Part shown: positions 1 through 14,559 of the stretch, one piece after another | Layout: each line of letters begins with the position of its first letter | How positions within the stretch are numbered: position 1 is the first letter of the stretch | Source of the DNA: Epiperipatus broadwayi | Lineage: Eukaryota > Animalia > Onychophora | NCBI GenBank assembly: GCA_028023455.1 | Contig: JAQFVV010000008.1 | Coordinates: 124,001 to 188,000 of the forward strand | Direction of reading: 5' to 3' | Length of the DNA stretch: 64,000 bases | Notes under the pieces: model-generated | Seen by the model: the letters and a program-made list of their open reading frames with translations, nothing else | What the model was told of the DNA's origin: nothing | Databases searched by the model: none | Translations under genes and position numbers: made by a program

Positions 1-2329
1 TCCTGGCTTATTAAAAGCTCATTACCTTCCAATGAATGGAGAAGAGGAAATAGAAGAAAAAGAAAATTTATAACATCCATGTAGAACCAAGTTTGAAGCC
101 ATAAATCAAATTTTTGTTGATTTACCTCAATCATCTAAAGTGTCGACAGCAATTATTTTTTAAAGAAGAGAAACAAGCAAATCCACCGGTACCTACTTAT
201 TCAAAGTACTTATAATAACTTTTTTTTAAATGGTAGAAGGAAGCCAATCAACAGTGAATAATAATGGAATTGAAGAAACAAGAAAGTCAATTGATTCAGC
301 ATTATCTTAAAAGTATCTGCCATAACTTTTTTTTTGTTGTTGTTGTTGTTGGTGAGCAAAGAAAAGCAGTCTAAAATTCAAATTCAGGACATTAATAAGA
401 AGTAAAAAGTAGACGGGTAAATATGAACTTTCTTTAACCGATTTTATTCTTTTACTTATTAAAAGTAAACCTTAATTTACTGGTCAAAGCAATTTTCTTT
501 TTTGATACAGAAACATTAAAGACTTGTTTATCTATAGTTATTTGCAATATCTCACAACATAGCACAAACATAATTTAAATCTTTAAACTTAAATTTTTCA
601 TTATTTTTTTTTTTATTATATATTGTAATGTTGAAATGTTTTTTTTTAAATTGTTCTTCAGATGTTAATGATAATGAGCAACCTATAGATATATGCATTT
701 ATAATGTTTTTTATTTTTATTTTATCTTGTTGCATATTAAAAAATTAATATATGTATTTTATTTTCTTTCGCTATAAGGTTGCAAAAGAAAAAAGATATT
801 TTTATATATGTAATTTATGGGTATACATTTTAAACATATATGTTAACATTACCGAATGCGTGAATGTGTAACTGTTTATCCAAACACATCAAAGAATAGG
901 TTATATATGATTAGTTTAAAATGGTAAATTAAAAAGTAGGGCATTACATTTGAATGGAAATGAAATAACACATACAAGTTTCACCTGAAATTTATTTTAT
1001 GATATGATGAGTAAGAAAAGTCTTAAATAAGCATTTATAGAATATGTATTTTTTTTTAATATTGATTTAAGTCAGCTTATTTTGAGATATCAAGAAGTGA
1101 CAAACCTATATATTAAGTTTATTTGCTTATACTTATATGAATTTTTATATTAATAAGCCATTTATTTAATTGTCGATTTGACTTTAAAGAAGGAAAGAAA
1201 GAGTAGTAGTGTTAATAAAATATAATTATATATCTTAATTGGTTTCCGAGTAATTATTAAGAATATTGTGTTTTTTTTTTTTTTTTTCTTAATTCTATCA
1301 TTTTAATTCAGCATCATTGCTCGCAGTTATTAAGTATTACCATTTATATATAATGAGCAATCACTTGCAAATATTAAGCGTCCGCAAAATAATAGGTAAA
1401 CTAGAATGTTGATATTTAAGTATTTAAGGATTATGCTTTAGAATAACCAAATTTTGATAATTATAGTTCATCATAGAAAGCTAAAATTGTGTTGTGTCCA
1501 TGAATTTAGATCATCCTCATCAAAGATGGATATCATGTTATTAGTTAAAAATGTTTCAAATAATACTATATAAAAGTTATGACCGCCATCAATCATCATT
1601 AATAAATTATAATCATTAAATTTAACGTTTAGCGTAATGAATATGTTTTAGTAAATAGGGGTTTATAGAAAATTGAATATTATGCAAAGAGATTCATGGT
1701 GATCAATCATCACCATTAGTATTATTAAATCCCAGTATGAAATAGGATAATTTTAATAGATGCCTATAAGTTTATAAAGATGAATTTATTGTTGTGAGTT
1801 TATTAATAAGCCATGGCTGGTATCATCATCACTATTATAATCATTATTATGATATCACTATTATTATCATTATGATATTATCATCATCATCATTATTACC
1901 TTTATTGTGATAAATAATTTAGTTAAATGGCCATCAATATCAATAATGGTCTTCACATGCTTGTTTGGAAGCCATTAATAGGATTATACATGTCTGTTCA
2001 TCAATATACGCTAATGAGCTAGCAATGTCTATAAGAATCTTTGATCTATAGTATAAACTTTGGTAATATTGGGATCTTGTAATTTTATCAATATAGATAA
2101 AATGTAAGAATGTCATTTTGTTCAATAGTCATCCAAGTCATGTGTAATAAATATGTACTGAATGAGTTTGAACTCAAGTACACTATAAATAGATACTTAT
2201 CTAGATTGAAAACAATCTAGTGGCGCTCATGGGAAAACACATGTACTTAGCTAAACTGAATAAAGAGTGATATCCTCCCTTTCCAACTTCATAATATTAG
2301 TTTTATAAAATATATTTTTTTATAAGTTG

Positions 2330-2620
2330 TCATGAATAGCACCCGTGTGTGCATATGACCATGAATGGTCTTATATATTTGGAAAGAAGGATAGGAAGGA
2401 TTCTTTGTTAGAAGAACCTAGTATTGGAGATAAGCATAAGGCACTCCAGGAATCTCACAGTGGGTACTTTTATTCAGTTGCTATAGTTAATATTATTTTT
2501 ATTAGATGACAATGGCCAGTATGTTTTATTGTTCAGATGACTGCCCCAATATATAAATAAATACCAAGAATCTTTAATGCTGATATTTTCAAGTGGCACA
2601 GTGATTCTATAATTTCTTTA
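2330..2620 (-). pseudogene. Possible highly degraded Penelope-like GIY-YIG fragment
   Basis: Minus-strand translation across frameshifts gives PLENISIKD...YIGQSS..IKH, resembling the KD.IP..GVY.I.C..YIG motif of PLE endonucleases. It is riddled with stops. Confidence 0.3.
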
Positions 2621-4479
2621 TCTATGCTATGATGAATTACTATAGTTACAAATGGTACAGATTGGATAGGCACATATCTAATAATTAATAATTTCCCCTA
2701 TCTAAATATTTATTATGATTACAAATGTGACATATTAAAATAGTTACAAATTATCGTTACAAATACATATCTTTTATATTAATTTAATAATTACAAATAC
2801 ATATTCATATTGATTGATAAATAATTGTTACAATATATATAAAAACATATTTACATTTATAATTCATATTAGAAGGAAAGGAAAGATCAAGATATAAAGT
2901 AATATTCAAATAGAATTAGAGACTAAAATTTCATATAGAAAATAACTATTAAAAGTTTTTTTTATTGTTATATATATCTTAGAGTTATAAGTAGTCTCCA
3001 AAGAGAAAGGAAATTTTTTAAAACATGATAATAATAGACAATCAAAAGATATTGATGAATGATTTAGTAAGATTTATATCAGCTACTATGCAGATTTGTT
3101 TGTATATAAAATATAGATAACTAATGAATAATCCTTGACAATGATCATACAATATGGTTGAAACATTGGAAAAAATTTAAATGAAAAAATGCTTCATATA
3201 ATAAAACAAGATTTGAAAATGACATATAAATCATTGTGTGCTAAAGAATTTCAAACCTATAACTAATAAATATTATCAAAAAAATCAATCAGTGTATTTC
3301 TACAAAATAAAACTATTCAGCTAAAATTTTTCTGGGAGGATCTACCAAGTTACACATCTTCTTTGTATTTTTTTTCCTTCAAATAATACAGTTTTTATGT
3401 CTCCATAAATTTCATAAATCTGTGGTACTCTTATTTTTGTTTTAGTATCCAGATTTTCCACAGTATTTTATCTGAATTTCTCATTTTTCACATCAAGGTG
3501 TTCCATAAGGATTTCAAAGATTTTATCCATTTAATAAGAATTTATTGGATTTAAATCTGATTGATTTACTATTTCAAATAAGTTCAATACCCAATCTTAT
3601 TATTTGATGTAATGTACTAACAATCTGCAGAATGGTATGCTTTCATATTTTATTTATGATAAATCTTATCATATTTGTATCTTCAATATTTACACCTTTA
3701 AAATAAAATGTATATTCACATTTCAAATTAACTTTTTAAAAAAAAAAAATTTACAATATTTAATAATAAGTTATTTAATTATGATAATTCCTCTTCTAAG
3801 TCAAATAAATTTTAATTAAAATTGAATTCTAACTGTAGGCAGACAATTATTTAAAAAAATTAACTTAGGTCTAAAATTTGAAAACTTTACTTCATAGATT
3901 TTGAGGTAAATATTTTTTTTTATATATATCTGCAAGAAGTTTTGTTTTTGAATTAATTGATTATTCATTCTGCCAGTTACCTAGGACAGAACACAGCCAT
4001 GGTCACATTGCTTCTCATAGTGTCACAATAATCATAGAATACCCCACAATCATTTTTTATTAGCAGAAATCAAGCACTTATACACCTACACAACTGTATA
4101 CATTCATTTTGCCTTCAAGAAAACCCTGATTTTTTACTCCCAAACTCTTATATGAAAATCAAGGTTATTATGCTGATTCCCTGTATATTTACAATTAACT
4201 AACAAGAACTTGTGAAATGGATTTTTTTTTTTGTTGTTACTTTCTTTCAGAATCTCAAAGTATCTTGTTTTCAGTTCATAAGAAACTCATTTTGAAATCG
4301 CTATTTCTCTAACAATTTTCATAAGAAAGATCAATATTTTGTTTATTTTTTGTTATATTATTATTTCATGTTGCATTTTTTTTCTAATTCCTACACAAGG
4401 TAACTGCAACATAAAATGCTTCTCATGATAGGTTATTATAGTTATATCAATAGTTAAATACCATTTGAAACTATGTGGA

Positions 4480-7470
4480 AGAAGCCAATCAAAATATTTT
4501 TATCTATTAAACTGAAAATCATGAGTACTACTGGAAGGTGAGTTCTTCAGATGTGAAAGCACTTTATACCAAATGAAGAAAAAAAATTTTTTAATAGAGC
4601 AAGCTTTATTGATACAACTCAATTATAGTTATACCGATATCGCTAATTTCTAATGTCTTCATGTAAGAAAGAAAATTTACAAAATGCAAAGATATCACCA
4701 TTGATATATAAAATATGTAGACTTTGAATTGAAAAAAAAAAAAAAACAATATGGTTAAGATAGAAAAGGATATCTTATATATTGGCATTTCAGAATTTAA
4801 TGAAAATAATTGGACTGGGAAATTTTAGATCAAGAAAACATTGTCTATTATTCACTAAGAAGGAGAAAGATGAAATAGTTTGGTTTTCATTTCTACAAAG
4901 GATATTGCTGAGACAGTCATCAAATATAAATCTGTAATTGATCTATTGATATCAATTTTATTTAATGGATATTCTTTAAAAATTACTGTAATGCTGGTCT
5001 ATTATATTTTAAGCATATGAATTGGAAATTTTTAAAATCAGTTATGGAAATAATTTAACTATACAGACAATAAAGATATTAATCATTGGTGATTAGAATT
5101 CTAAAGTTTAAATGGAAAGAAAAAAAATCATGTTAGTTACTATAGATCAGAAAGAAGGAAAATGACTAACAAGTGTTTGTGCTTTCAATAAAAAAACTGT
5201 CAAAACATTTTTTAAACAGCCAAAAGAATCAATTATTCACATGGTAAGAGTTTACAAAAATCAAAATAATTATATTGTTGATGTCCAGTGATGGAAGACA
5301 TTAATTTTAATAGTAAAAACTTGACAAAAGCAGATCATCAAATCATGAATTATTCATGTATAAATTTTTCAGTGGAGTCTAAAAGAATTACCAAGTCATC
5401 TTTCACATAACCCAGAGAAAATACCTATTGCTTTTAGAAATATATCAGTCATTGATTTGGAGTTTTGGATATAATTGATAGAAATCAGATAAATTGTTGA
5501 TTGAAGTGAAAAAAGTGATTAAAGTGGAATGGAAAAAAAAAAGTAAAGTAATCAACTAGTAATATCATAATATTTATCAGAAAATGTGGTAGTAATTGTA
5601 AAGAAGAAAAGAAAAGTCATAATTAAAAACAAACAGATAAAAATCTTTTAAAACAAAAATATAAATTACAAAACAATCTAAAAAACAAAAAGCAATATTA
5701 TAATATTTTCAAGATATTGAAAATACAAACAAGCTTGGGAAAGTAAGAGATATCTCTAGGGATTCATTAATTCACAAAAGTTTTAACCATAAGTAACTTT
5801 CTGAAAAAATATCAATGGGCAAATTATAACTGACGATGATAAATTATCAGAAATGGAAGTATTATACAGTCAAACATCACATGATCACCATCTCTATACT
5901 AGCACATAATTTGTTGTAAACAAAGGCAAAACTCCCCATACAGTAGTGCCACCTGTGCCAAACAGAGTAATCAATGGATGCCAGAAGGCTTGTGCATAAA
6001 ATCCCTATCTAGTGCCACAAGTCAGAAACTAGTCTGGGGATATTGGATGAGTAGGCACTAGATAGGGATTTTATGCACAAGCCTTCTGGCATCCATTGAT
6101 TACTCTGTTTGGCACAGGTGGCACTACTGTATGGGGAGTTTTGCCTTTGTTTATAAGTATTATACAGATTAGCTCGATCAAGACAATTGTTTAGAAACTT
6201 GCATTGAGAATCTTTTGTAATGAAAAATGAAATCAAATAAATAGTGAGATCAGATTACATTCTAAAATTTTAACTCTACATCAAAAATCTTTTAGGATAC
6301 CAATGAAAAATCAATAAAAATACTGAGTAATGGAAAACTATTCATTGGCTACAGATTAGAAGTCAGTTTTTACTCCTAAGCTAATGAAAAAAATCTTGAC
6401 ATAGTATAAAAACTATTATATTCCTTATATTACATTTAGGAAATATTATTTTTTAATCATACAAACACAAATTGAAACTTTATATTAAAAATGATATATA
6501 AATTGTTTCAGGAAAAGTTGAAAAGCTATTCATCATTGTTGATATGTTTTGGATAATATAAAAGCCAGAAAATATCAGAAAGAATCTACATGTGTTAATA
6601 GCATATGAAAACAATTCTGTTGATTTATTTGATTCCATTTAATTATTGAATGAAAAATGAGTGTAACACTTTATTATTTTTAAAAGAAATCTTTATATAG
6701 AATTAAATGCCAAAATTAAAATCTGCTATTGTGAAATAGACTCGAATCATATCGCAAATGAATTAAACAAAACTTCACATTATCAAATTCATTTTCAATG
6801 TGTATACTGAATATTTAAAGTGGGGAAAACTCTATTAGTGAAAACAAATATAGATTCATGATTCATGGGTAAAATATTGTTTAATATGTTGATGATATCA
6901 CATTTATATTGAAAATGCAGAAGACTCCCAAGCTTTTTATTAGGAAAATTAGAAACAGAGTGAAAAGATGGGATTATAATTCTGTTTGAAGGAGACAAAT
7001 ATTGTAATTAAAAAATCAGCAATTGATTTCAAAATTATTAATTAAGATATAAAATATTTGATAATTTTTACTTTTATAGAGTATTTATCAACAATAAAGG
7101 ATCTAATAATTAAGCAGTTTGTCATACATTATCATTGTGCTGAATTCATATGAAAAACTTGGAAAAGTTGAATGCTGATAAAAGGTAGAAATATATTGCT
7201 GTTTTTAAATTATCATATTGGCAAAGATTTTTGAGAATTCATGAGCAGAAAGAAAAACAAATGGCTGATTGATGAAATCAGACAAGATATCTTGTTTGAA
7301 GCATAAATAACCAGATTAAAATTGTTTTGTTTTAATCAAGAGATAATCTATTCATTAGAAAATTATAAAATGCTTAAAAAAATGGTAACATAAGCAAATC
7401 ATCATCCAGGTGAGTTAAGTCATTATAATAATAAAATATGAGTGTTTGAGCAGCTTAAAAAACTAAACAG
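4480..7470 (+). mobile_element. Old RTE-clade LINE (APE endonuclease + RT), heavily decayed, interrupted by the fold-back at 5917-6153
   Basis: Frameshifted peptides appear in the expected order: ILYIGISEF..WTGKF and IAETVIKYKSVIDLLISI (endonuclease N-terminus), NGQIITDDDK, NEKSIKIL..WKTIHW, KARKYQKE.YMC, and YVDDIT (RT YADD motif, about 6890). Confidence 0.8.
5917..6153. repeat. Perfect 100-bp inverted repeat with a 37-nt spacer (fold-back)
   Basis: Arm 5917-6016 (taaacaaaggc...atctagtgcc) is the exact reverse complement of 6054-6153 by manual comparison. The spacer is 6017-6053. Confidence 0.95.
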
Positions 7471-9579
7471 ATGACAGCTCATTCCAGAGGGATGTTTTAT
7501 TGCTAGGAGTTGGTGTCGATTTGATTGTATGTAGCAATAATATCTTAATCAGATTTAATTTTGAGAAATGAATTTTAGAAAATACAATATTATGTATTTG
7601 AAAAACATTAAATGCCATTTCATTTAATCTATTATTATCACAGAGCAATAAAGGATTTTGCACTCTTTTTTTTTTTTCAAGTTTTTTTTTTAATTTATCA
7701 AATATGCAATAATATATATATTTTTACTGTGACTTTTCTTTATTTGCATATCTTATTTTACATATATATAATATTATATTTACTTATTATTCAATTATAT
7801 ATAACTGTTTGTGTATAAATGTGTATTTTATAAAGGACTGTATTATTCAACTTGCATACAAGTTTTAATTTGAAGGTCTTGCTTATTTGAATTATTACAT
7901 CACTTTAAAAAAAATAAAAAAATTATCAGATTTCAAATTTAAAAATAAAATTAATATGTGAATAATTGTTCATAATTTCAAAGTCTGGAGTTAGTTGATA
8001 ATATTCCAGATAAGCAATTCATTACAAAATAAAAAAAATATTTTTTTGGACTTAATTATGAAAAATATAAATTATGCTATTGTAATTGTAGCTCTAAAAT
8101 TAAATAACAGAGTACTACTTTGAATAGTATAAATAACTATTTACAATGATAAAAAGCAGATCGTGATCATTATTTTTATATATGCACACACATACACCTT
8201 TACTTTCCGTTTTATTAAGCAAAGAAACTGAAAACATAAGTAAATCTCTATATCATTTAGAAAAGATATATTGACGGAATTCATATTTCTGGTCCATATA
8301 AACCTACATTCCGATTAAAGATTTAGTAATCTTTTTATTATTGTTAAACTTCAAAACCACGAAATAATATCTTGGTTTTATTAAAAGTCTGTTTAGTTAT
8401 TGTTATTTTTCATTTTGCATTCTTTGTTAGTACCAATTTCCTATGCAATTAACATTTCCAATCTTTTATTTAAAAAAAAAATTAAAGATAATATTACGTG
8501 CCCTTACACAGTTAATATCAGGTAAATAATATGCACAAGTGAACTTATTTATAATTAGGATAAATCCTACAATCAAGTAGTACTTTATTTATCGTCATTA
8601 ATTGAAAATTGTTATTGTTTGCCATCTCTGAAACATAATTTTATTTATTGTAGAGTCTCAATATTTAAAATTACATCTTATATTTTAATGAGCCCTTTAT
8701 AGTATTAAAGTATAATAGCAGTATTTATTTCCATTTCATATTTTTCAAAAAAAAAATCCATCAATTCTTAACTTTTCTTTTCATTTTATCATCAAATCTG
8801 TTACAATGAATTTTAATTTCCCATTGCTAACTTGATATCAAAACCACATATCCACTTTTAATCTCACTCTATATCTTTTTTTTTTTTATAAGATTCTTAT
8901 TTAAATGTTATTTTCAAAATATCCACCAAAGTAATTCAATGAAGATATTTCTCCCTGTTTACAGACTTTTTTTATTATAAGTCATTACTATTCTAGTTAT
9001 GTTTTTTTGTTTTTTTAATAACACTTTTCTAATCCTTTAGAAATATTTTTATACAAGAATCTAATCAACATTTAGTTACTGTACTTTTTTAAGTTAAAGA
9101 AATTGTAATTCATTGTGATACATCATTTATTTATTGGGGTCTTAACTACCTACAAGTGTCTTTTCTAAATTATAAATTACTGTTTCAAGATGTTTAATAA
9201 TTTCAAAATATTTTTCAGTGTAACTTTTAATAACATATTGCATTAATTTTCTGATCTTTATTACATTTAATTATGGTTTTTATTTTTTTTCATTTTATTG
9301 TCCCATTTTGACATTAACATTCCCCCCCCCCTTTTTTTTTTTGTAATGAAAAATTGTTATAAAAATTATTTTATAATGAAAAATTGTTATTTCTAATGTA
9401 TAAGTCACATACATGCTCTTTTTATTAATAATATAGTATACTTTGCTTTTAATTTCCGACGCCTTCTTTCCCCATTTTGTTTTCATTGCACTAAACATGA
9501 AATCAAAGTTCTTCTCCATCTCTTCCTTCCCCCTTCTTTGCACACATATATATACAATTGTAATAATGCTTTATTGTTA

Positions 9580-9660
9580 AAGGGTTGCCTTGACAACAGG
9601 TTAAGATTATTGATATTGGGATTGTCTAGGTGTTGACTGATTTTAATGATTATCGTAAAT
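9580..9660. repeat. Dispersed repeat fragment, homologous to 48745-48830
   Basis: Both copies share ggttgccttgaca...ttattgatattgggattgtcta.gtgttg.ctg.ttttaa in the same orientation. The 48.7-kb copy sits between (TA)n runs. Confidence 0.75.
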
Positions 9661-9989
9661 AATTGTGTTGGGGGAGGGGGGGTAAAAAGTGATCTGAATG
9701 ATAAATCTGAAATGAAGTATGGAAAGTATTTTTTAAGGGCTAAATAATTAATATATTACCATTTTTGGATATTGTAGGAAAACAATATTCGTAAATAAAA
9801 TTAACATATTAGAAATTAATTACAATGCAATGTGTAAAGCATTATGTAGGATGAAGAAAATACAATATTTAGTATTTGATGTGTTGGCCACAATCATCAG
9901 TAATGTTCACGGTATGCATTAAACGAAAGAAAGATTTTGGATATCTTATCTGTGAAATATATTAGTCTGCTAAATTTTAATTCTAGCTT

Positions 9990-10075
9990 AGTATTATGGA
10001 TCGGAGAAACTGGATTAAACTTGAAGAGACCTTTATCCTGCAATAGACTGATAGTTGTTGAAAATGATGATGACT
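9990..10075 (+). mobile_element. Extreme 3' end of an RTE LINE (same family as 10345-10776 and 29540-29790)
   Basis: tggattaaacttgaagagacctttatcctgcaatagactgatag...gatgatgac matches the reverse complement of 10345-10410 (W...GETFILQW followed by a (GAT)n tail). Confidence 0.7.
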
Positions 10076-10344
10076 GCTTTTTATTTTTTCAGGTTGAAAC
10101 ATTATTTTATGAACTATTTTAAAATATTTAATTTATTTTGATTTTTATTTAATTTTATATATATATAACTTTATGCAAATTTAAGAGTTATGACATATTA
10201 ACAAGTAATAGAAAACATATATGTATGAAAGCAAGTATTATAAATGACCATGCTTACAAATAAATATTATAATGATAACTACTGCTGTTGTTGATCCTTT
10301 TCTTTTAATAATTGTACGAGAAATTAATTCTCAATTTAATTCAA

Positions 10345-10776
10345 TACATCATCATCAACCGTTATCAATCCACTGCAGGATGAAGGTCTCTCCAAGTTCA
10401 ATCCATCTCCGATCTTTAGCTTCTCTTCTCCACATCACCCCTGCACACTTTCTTATTTCATCCATCCATCTCATATGTGGTCTCTTTCTAGGTCTTTTAC
10501 AATCTCTTGGAATCCAGTTTAAGATTTAAATTGTCCATCTATTATATCTTCTAGCAATATGTTCGGCCCAACTCCACTTCAGTCTTTTAATTTTTTCAAT
10601 GAGGTCAGTAACACCTGTTTGTTTTCTTACCCATATATTGCGTTTTCAGTCTCTTTTTGTCACTCCCAACATGCATCTCTCCATATTTCTTTGAGTGGTC
10701 CGAAGTCTCCATTGCTCTTCTATTAAGTGTCCAAGTCTTAGATCCATGAGTAAGAACTGTTATACATAGACATCGG
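10345..10776 (-). mobile_element. 5'-truncated RTE LINE 3' end
   Basis: Minus strand, across frameshifts: CITVLTHGSKTWTL..MERCMLGVTK...VTDLIEKIKRLKWSWAEHIARR...WIPRDCKRPRKRPHMRWMDEIRKCAG...GETFILQW, ending in a (GAT)n tail. Confidence 0.85.
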
Positions 10777-10859
10777 TAATAATATTAATTCAAATAATAA
10801 TATAAGAAATTAAATTCTATGGTTTAAAAAAAAAAAAATAGAATTGCCTTTTTTCTCTA

Positions 10860-12090
10860 TAATACTGCCATATACGTTTGGTTGTTATACACCGTGCACA
10901 TATTTTTTTTGAATAGGTAAAAAAAAATTGTTGTTTTTTTTTGTGCAATAAAGTCGCACGTGTTTATTTAATAAACTTAAAAACCCTAGGCTCTCTATTT
11001 ATGATACTGATTTATTGTGCAGGTGGTCAGTACAGTATTAAAAGTATAGTGTCGCAGAGATTTGTTTTCAATATTTTAAACATTTAGTGAGATTAAAAAT
11101 TGGAAACCCTGCATAGTTTCGAACAATTACTAACAATAAACATTTATTTTGCTACCAGGTGTTTAAAATAATAAGTACCGTAAATAGAAGCGCCGTTTAT
11201 CATTTTTATTGTTGTTGTTTTTTTATTATATTATACCACATTATTAAAAAGTGAATTGAGAGAGCCAACCAGAATCAGTTATCTATAAGAATCAAAGAAT
11301 GAAGTGTTATCTGTTTAGTTTATATAAATAAACTACAAGTTTGTGTGCGAGATTTTAAATGTTATCTTAACTAATCTTGAGTGAATATTTTTAGTCAAAC
11401 ATTTTTTAACGTGAGAAGAAATCCATGTTGAAATTATCCATTTAAAAAATAAAACGTCAAGATTATCTAGATTGTAGATATTTTTTTGTCTTACTGTTTC
11501 AAATATCTTTTTCTAAATGATTTAAATGAAAAAACTGTATTCGCACTGCGAATGAGAGGGAAAATAGCCTTTTGTATGATAGCATATTAAGATTTAAACA
11601 GTTGCAATATTAATTCTTATATTTAAAAAACCTAAAGAACTAGATTATTGCGCTATTGTAATGTTTTAAAAAAAAAACATAGAATGTAAAGGGAGAAGTG
11701 AAATGCAAAACTTTTTACTTTTTAATATTTTTCATTTTAAAATGCAATTTTAAGTCGAACAATTTGAAGCATTACGATTTATAGTAAGAAATATCTGAAA
11801 GATAAAAAGGAAGTTTTAGTTTGTTATTTATTGAATAAAGGCATTTTAATAGGTCCCCAAAAAGAGAATGAATTACTTATCAGCGCAGCCAATTGCTGGC
11901 TGTTAAATGTTCTATTGTTTTCCCATTTTTATTTTACTTTCTCTCTAATAATATCTAAATAACCATTTACGACCAATGGTTAGCAGGTCGCTGTGGATTG
12001 TTATTGTGTGTGTGTCGGGGGGGGGGGTTGAAATCTGAAAAAAAAAAACTTTATTTTGAATTTGAATTCCAGGTTATGGACGTAACAGGC
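10860..12090. promoter_or_regulatory. CpG-retaining region, candidate promoter or enhancer
   Basis: I count 9 CpG in 10861-11220 against a near-zero background. An E-box CACGTG lies at about 10957 and CCAAT motifs at about 11889 and 11973. No TE peptide is recognisable. Confidence 0.35.
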
Positions 12091-13025
12091 AGATATCCTA
12101 ACTATTATGCTACAAAAAAAAACACCATATTTGAAAAATCGTAATACAGTATATAATGCAAGTTCTTTTATGTTTGAAAAAAATTATTATCTGGAGTAAT
12201 GTGTAAAGCAAAATACTAAATATTTATGAATTTTGAGCTAAAAGACAACCCAGGAAGGATATTATGATAAAGTAATATTTTCACATATAGAGTAATAATT
12301 TTATAATTTATTTTTACTCCGTTAATTTATTTGTTAAAAGTGAAATGAAATTATATTTTTTAAATATGACAAACATGCTAATTTTGTTTTCAAAACTTGT
12401 ATTATTATTTGGTAGAGTCAAGTCAATTTTAACTCTTGGGAATCCTATAAATAGTTTTTTTTTTCTTTTGGAACTGAAATAGCTATATTCGTTTGCAGTG
12501 ACTGATGATAATGATATTTTTAATATATATATAAAACTTTTTTTTTTATATAGAATGCATATATAGATTGATGTTATAAAGTTATAATATTGTATTTAAA
12601 ATTTTAATATAACTTTTATAATTTGTAAAATTTTCTGTAACAAAAGAAATCCTGTATTCTGCTGGACATAATCAAATGGTCTATTTGTATTGTGATTTTA
12701 ATTTTTTTCTATAATATAATTTTGACTACTTTTACAAAATCTATTATCGGCTAGTTATTTTGTTAAATAAAATCTGGAAATGTAATTTATATTTTTTAAT
12801 ATTAAAACTAAATGAACTATAAAGGTAATGATTTTGCAAGTTTTTTTATTGATATATAATTTGTCTATTTTTGAATTTAAACAAATTGAAACTTATTTAA
12901 AAAATTAATTTTAACTGGCAAATAAACATATTAGTTATTATAAATAGTCTATTCTTTTGTTTAAATATGTTTTTTCTTGAAAATAATTTATTTTAATACA
13001 TAATTTTTCTTTTTTTTTTTTTCAG

Positions 13026-13098
13026 TCATCCAATTATTAATAAATTAAATGCTTTGAGAACAAGTGATCCTGAATTAGCTTGTCTATTGGGTCAACAG
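13026..13098 (+). CDS. Candidate internal coding exon (phase 2 to 0): HPIINKLNALRTSDPELACLLGQQ; protein not recognised
   Basis: It has a strong acceptor (long poly-T then cag, 13023-13025) and donor (cag|gtaatg at 13099). Only one of the three frames is open. Confidence 0.65.
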
Positions 13099-14559
13099 GT
13101 AATGTTATCTTTTAAATTGTGAATTTGAATGAAATAAATTGTGGAAGAATAGAATCTAATTATTCACAAAATATAGTTAATTAACTAATTCATTAATTAT
13201 TAAGCTTATTTAGTAGAAACAGATCTAAAATACTTCAACGCCTTCTCAGCTATCATTTATCATTTTATGAATATAATTACGGTATTATTCTTTTTAATAC
13301 TGTTATATCTTTATTACTATTGTTTTTTGCTGCCTTTCAACTGTGCATGTTATACACATCGTATTATAAGCTAGAATAAAGATTATGGTATGATTATTTT
13401 AAGAGAAACTTATTAGTGCAATTGATTTCAGTGTTTTTGTTATTTCAAATTAAGTTGACTTACAATATAAACAAAATATTTATAATAATATAAATACAAG
13501 TCAAGAAATGAAAGCAGTGCATATAAAACTCAGAAAATATAAACTCAAAGGTATTACAAATAATCATAAAAATAATAGATATTTTATCAATGAGAAAGTT
13601 TATTCACACAGGGATTATGCTTATGTATAATTAATTAAAAACACCCATAAAATTTTTTTTAATAGCACATTAAAAATCCAATAGCACAAAAAGTAGATTT
13701 TGACATAATATGCAACAATCATAAATAATATTAGTCTGGGCACAAAGTTTATGATTGCATATTCTCTCAATTCATTAATAATTTATTCATTTTTATTTTT
13801 TTCAAAAGCATTCTTATTTTTTTATATATATTCCAGAATGTGTATCATCTATAGAATATGCTGACTTATATATTAATATTTCTAACTATTATTGATCCAT
13901 ACTTAAGTGCATTCTATTGTGTGGAGTTTTCAAAATGTAAATTCTGTTTTATGATTTTTATTATCATGAGTAATGAATTTTATATAATGCTAATAAGAGC
14001 ATTTATTGTTTATATACATTGTAACAGGATAATAATTGATCTTTTACTCCATTATCTCTTCACTGGTTTGGTCAGCCTTTTGTAATGAAACAAAAGAAAT
14101 TGCCCTACAGATGAAAAAAAATATATATAAACTATATTGTACCAGTCGAAAAATGCACCACCTAAACTGCAAGTCAGATCCCTACTCAGCTGAACCAAAA
14201 CTGAATTCAAACCCAACTCCACAGCTCAGATTAGTAGAAATCTAAATCGACGGCACAGTGCTATGCGCCAAGAAATTAGCTCAACGGTTGGTGAGGATTA
14301 GAGACCCTTGAACTGACACTAATATCGGATAATTAATTGACTAAAATAATTTTAAATCGAATCATATGTATATGTTCGGGTTGCCAACACAGACAGCGAG
14401 TATCAACATTAAAATAATTATAAAAGAATTAAGAACTAAGAAACCAAGTATGTTTAGAAAATCTTTAATAATAATAATTTGTTTTGTTTGAGTTTTAAAT
14501 AATGATTATATTAATTAATTCTAGTCCTTAAACAAAGTTTACAATTATAATAAGAGTGG

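Noticed and set aside
1-320. Purine-rich reading PGLLKAHYLPMNGEEEIEEKENL at the window edge
   Set aside because: It is interrupted by stops and truncated by the window, and has no diagnostic motif.
3000-3360. Possible Gypsy integrase 3' remnant
   Set aside because: There is only a faint V.F..KL..F.G pattern across frameshifts, too weak to call.
6017-6053. 37-nt spacer between repeats as a CRISPR unit
   Set aside because: The flanks are 100-bp inverted repeats, not short direct repeats. There is a single spacer, no cas genes, and the context is eukaryotic.
14120-14330. tRNA-derived SINE call
   Set aside because: The A-box-like TAGCTCAACGG is on the plus strand and the B-box-like gggtttgaattc is on the minus strand. 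No cloverleaf or TSD was found. It is probably a repeat, but I cannot classify it.
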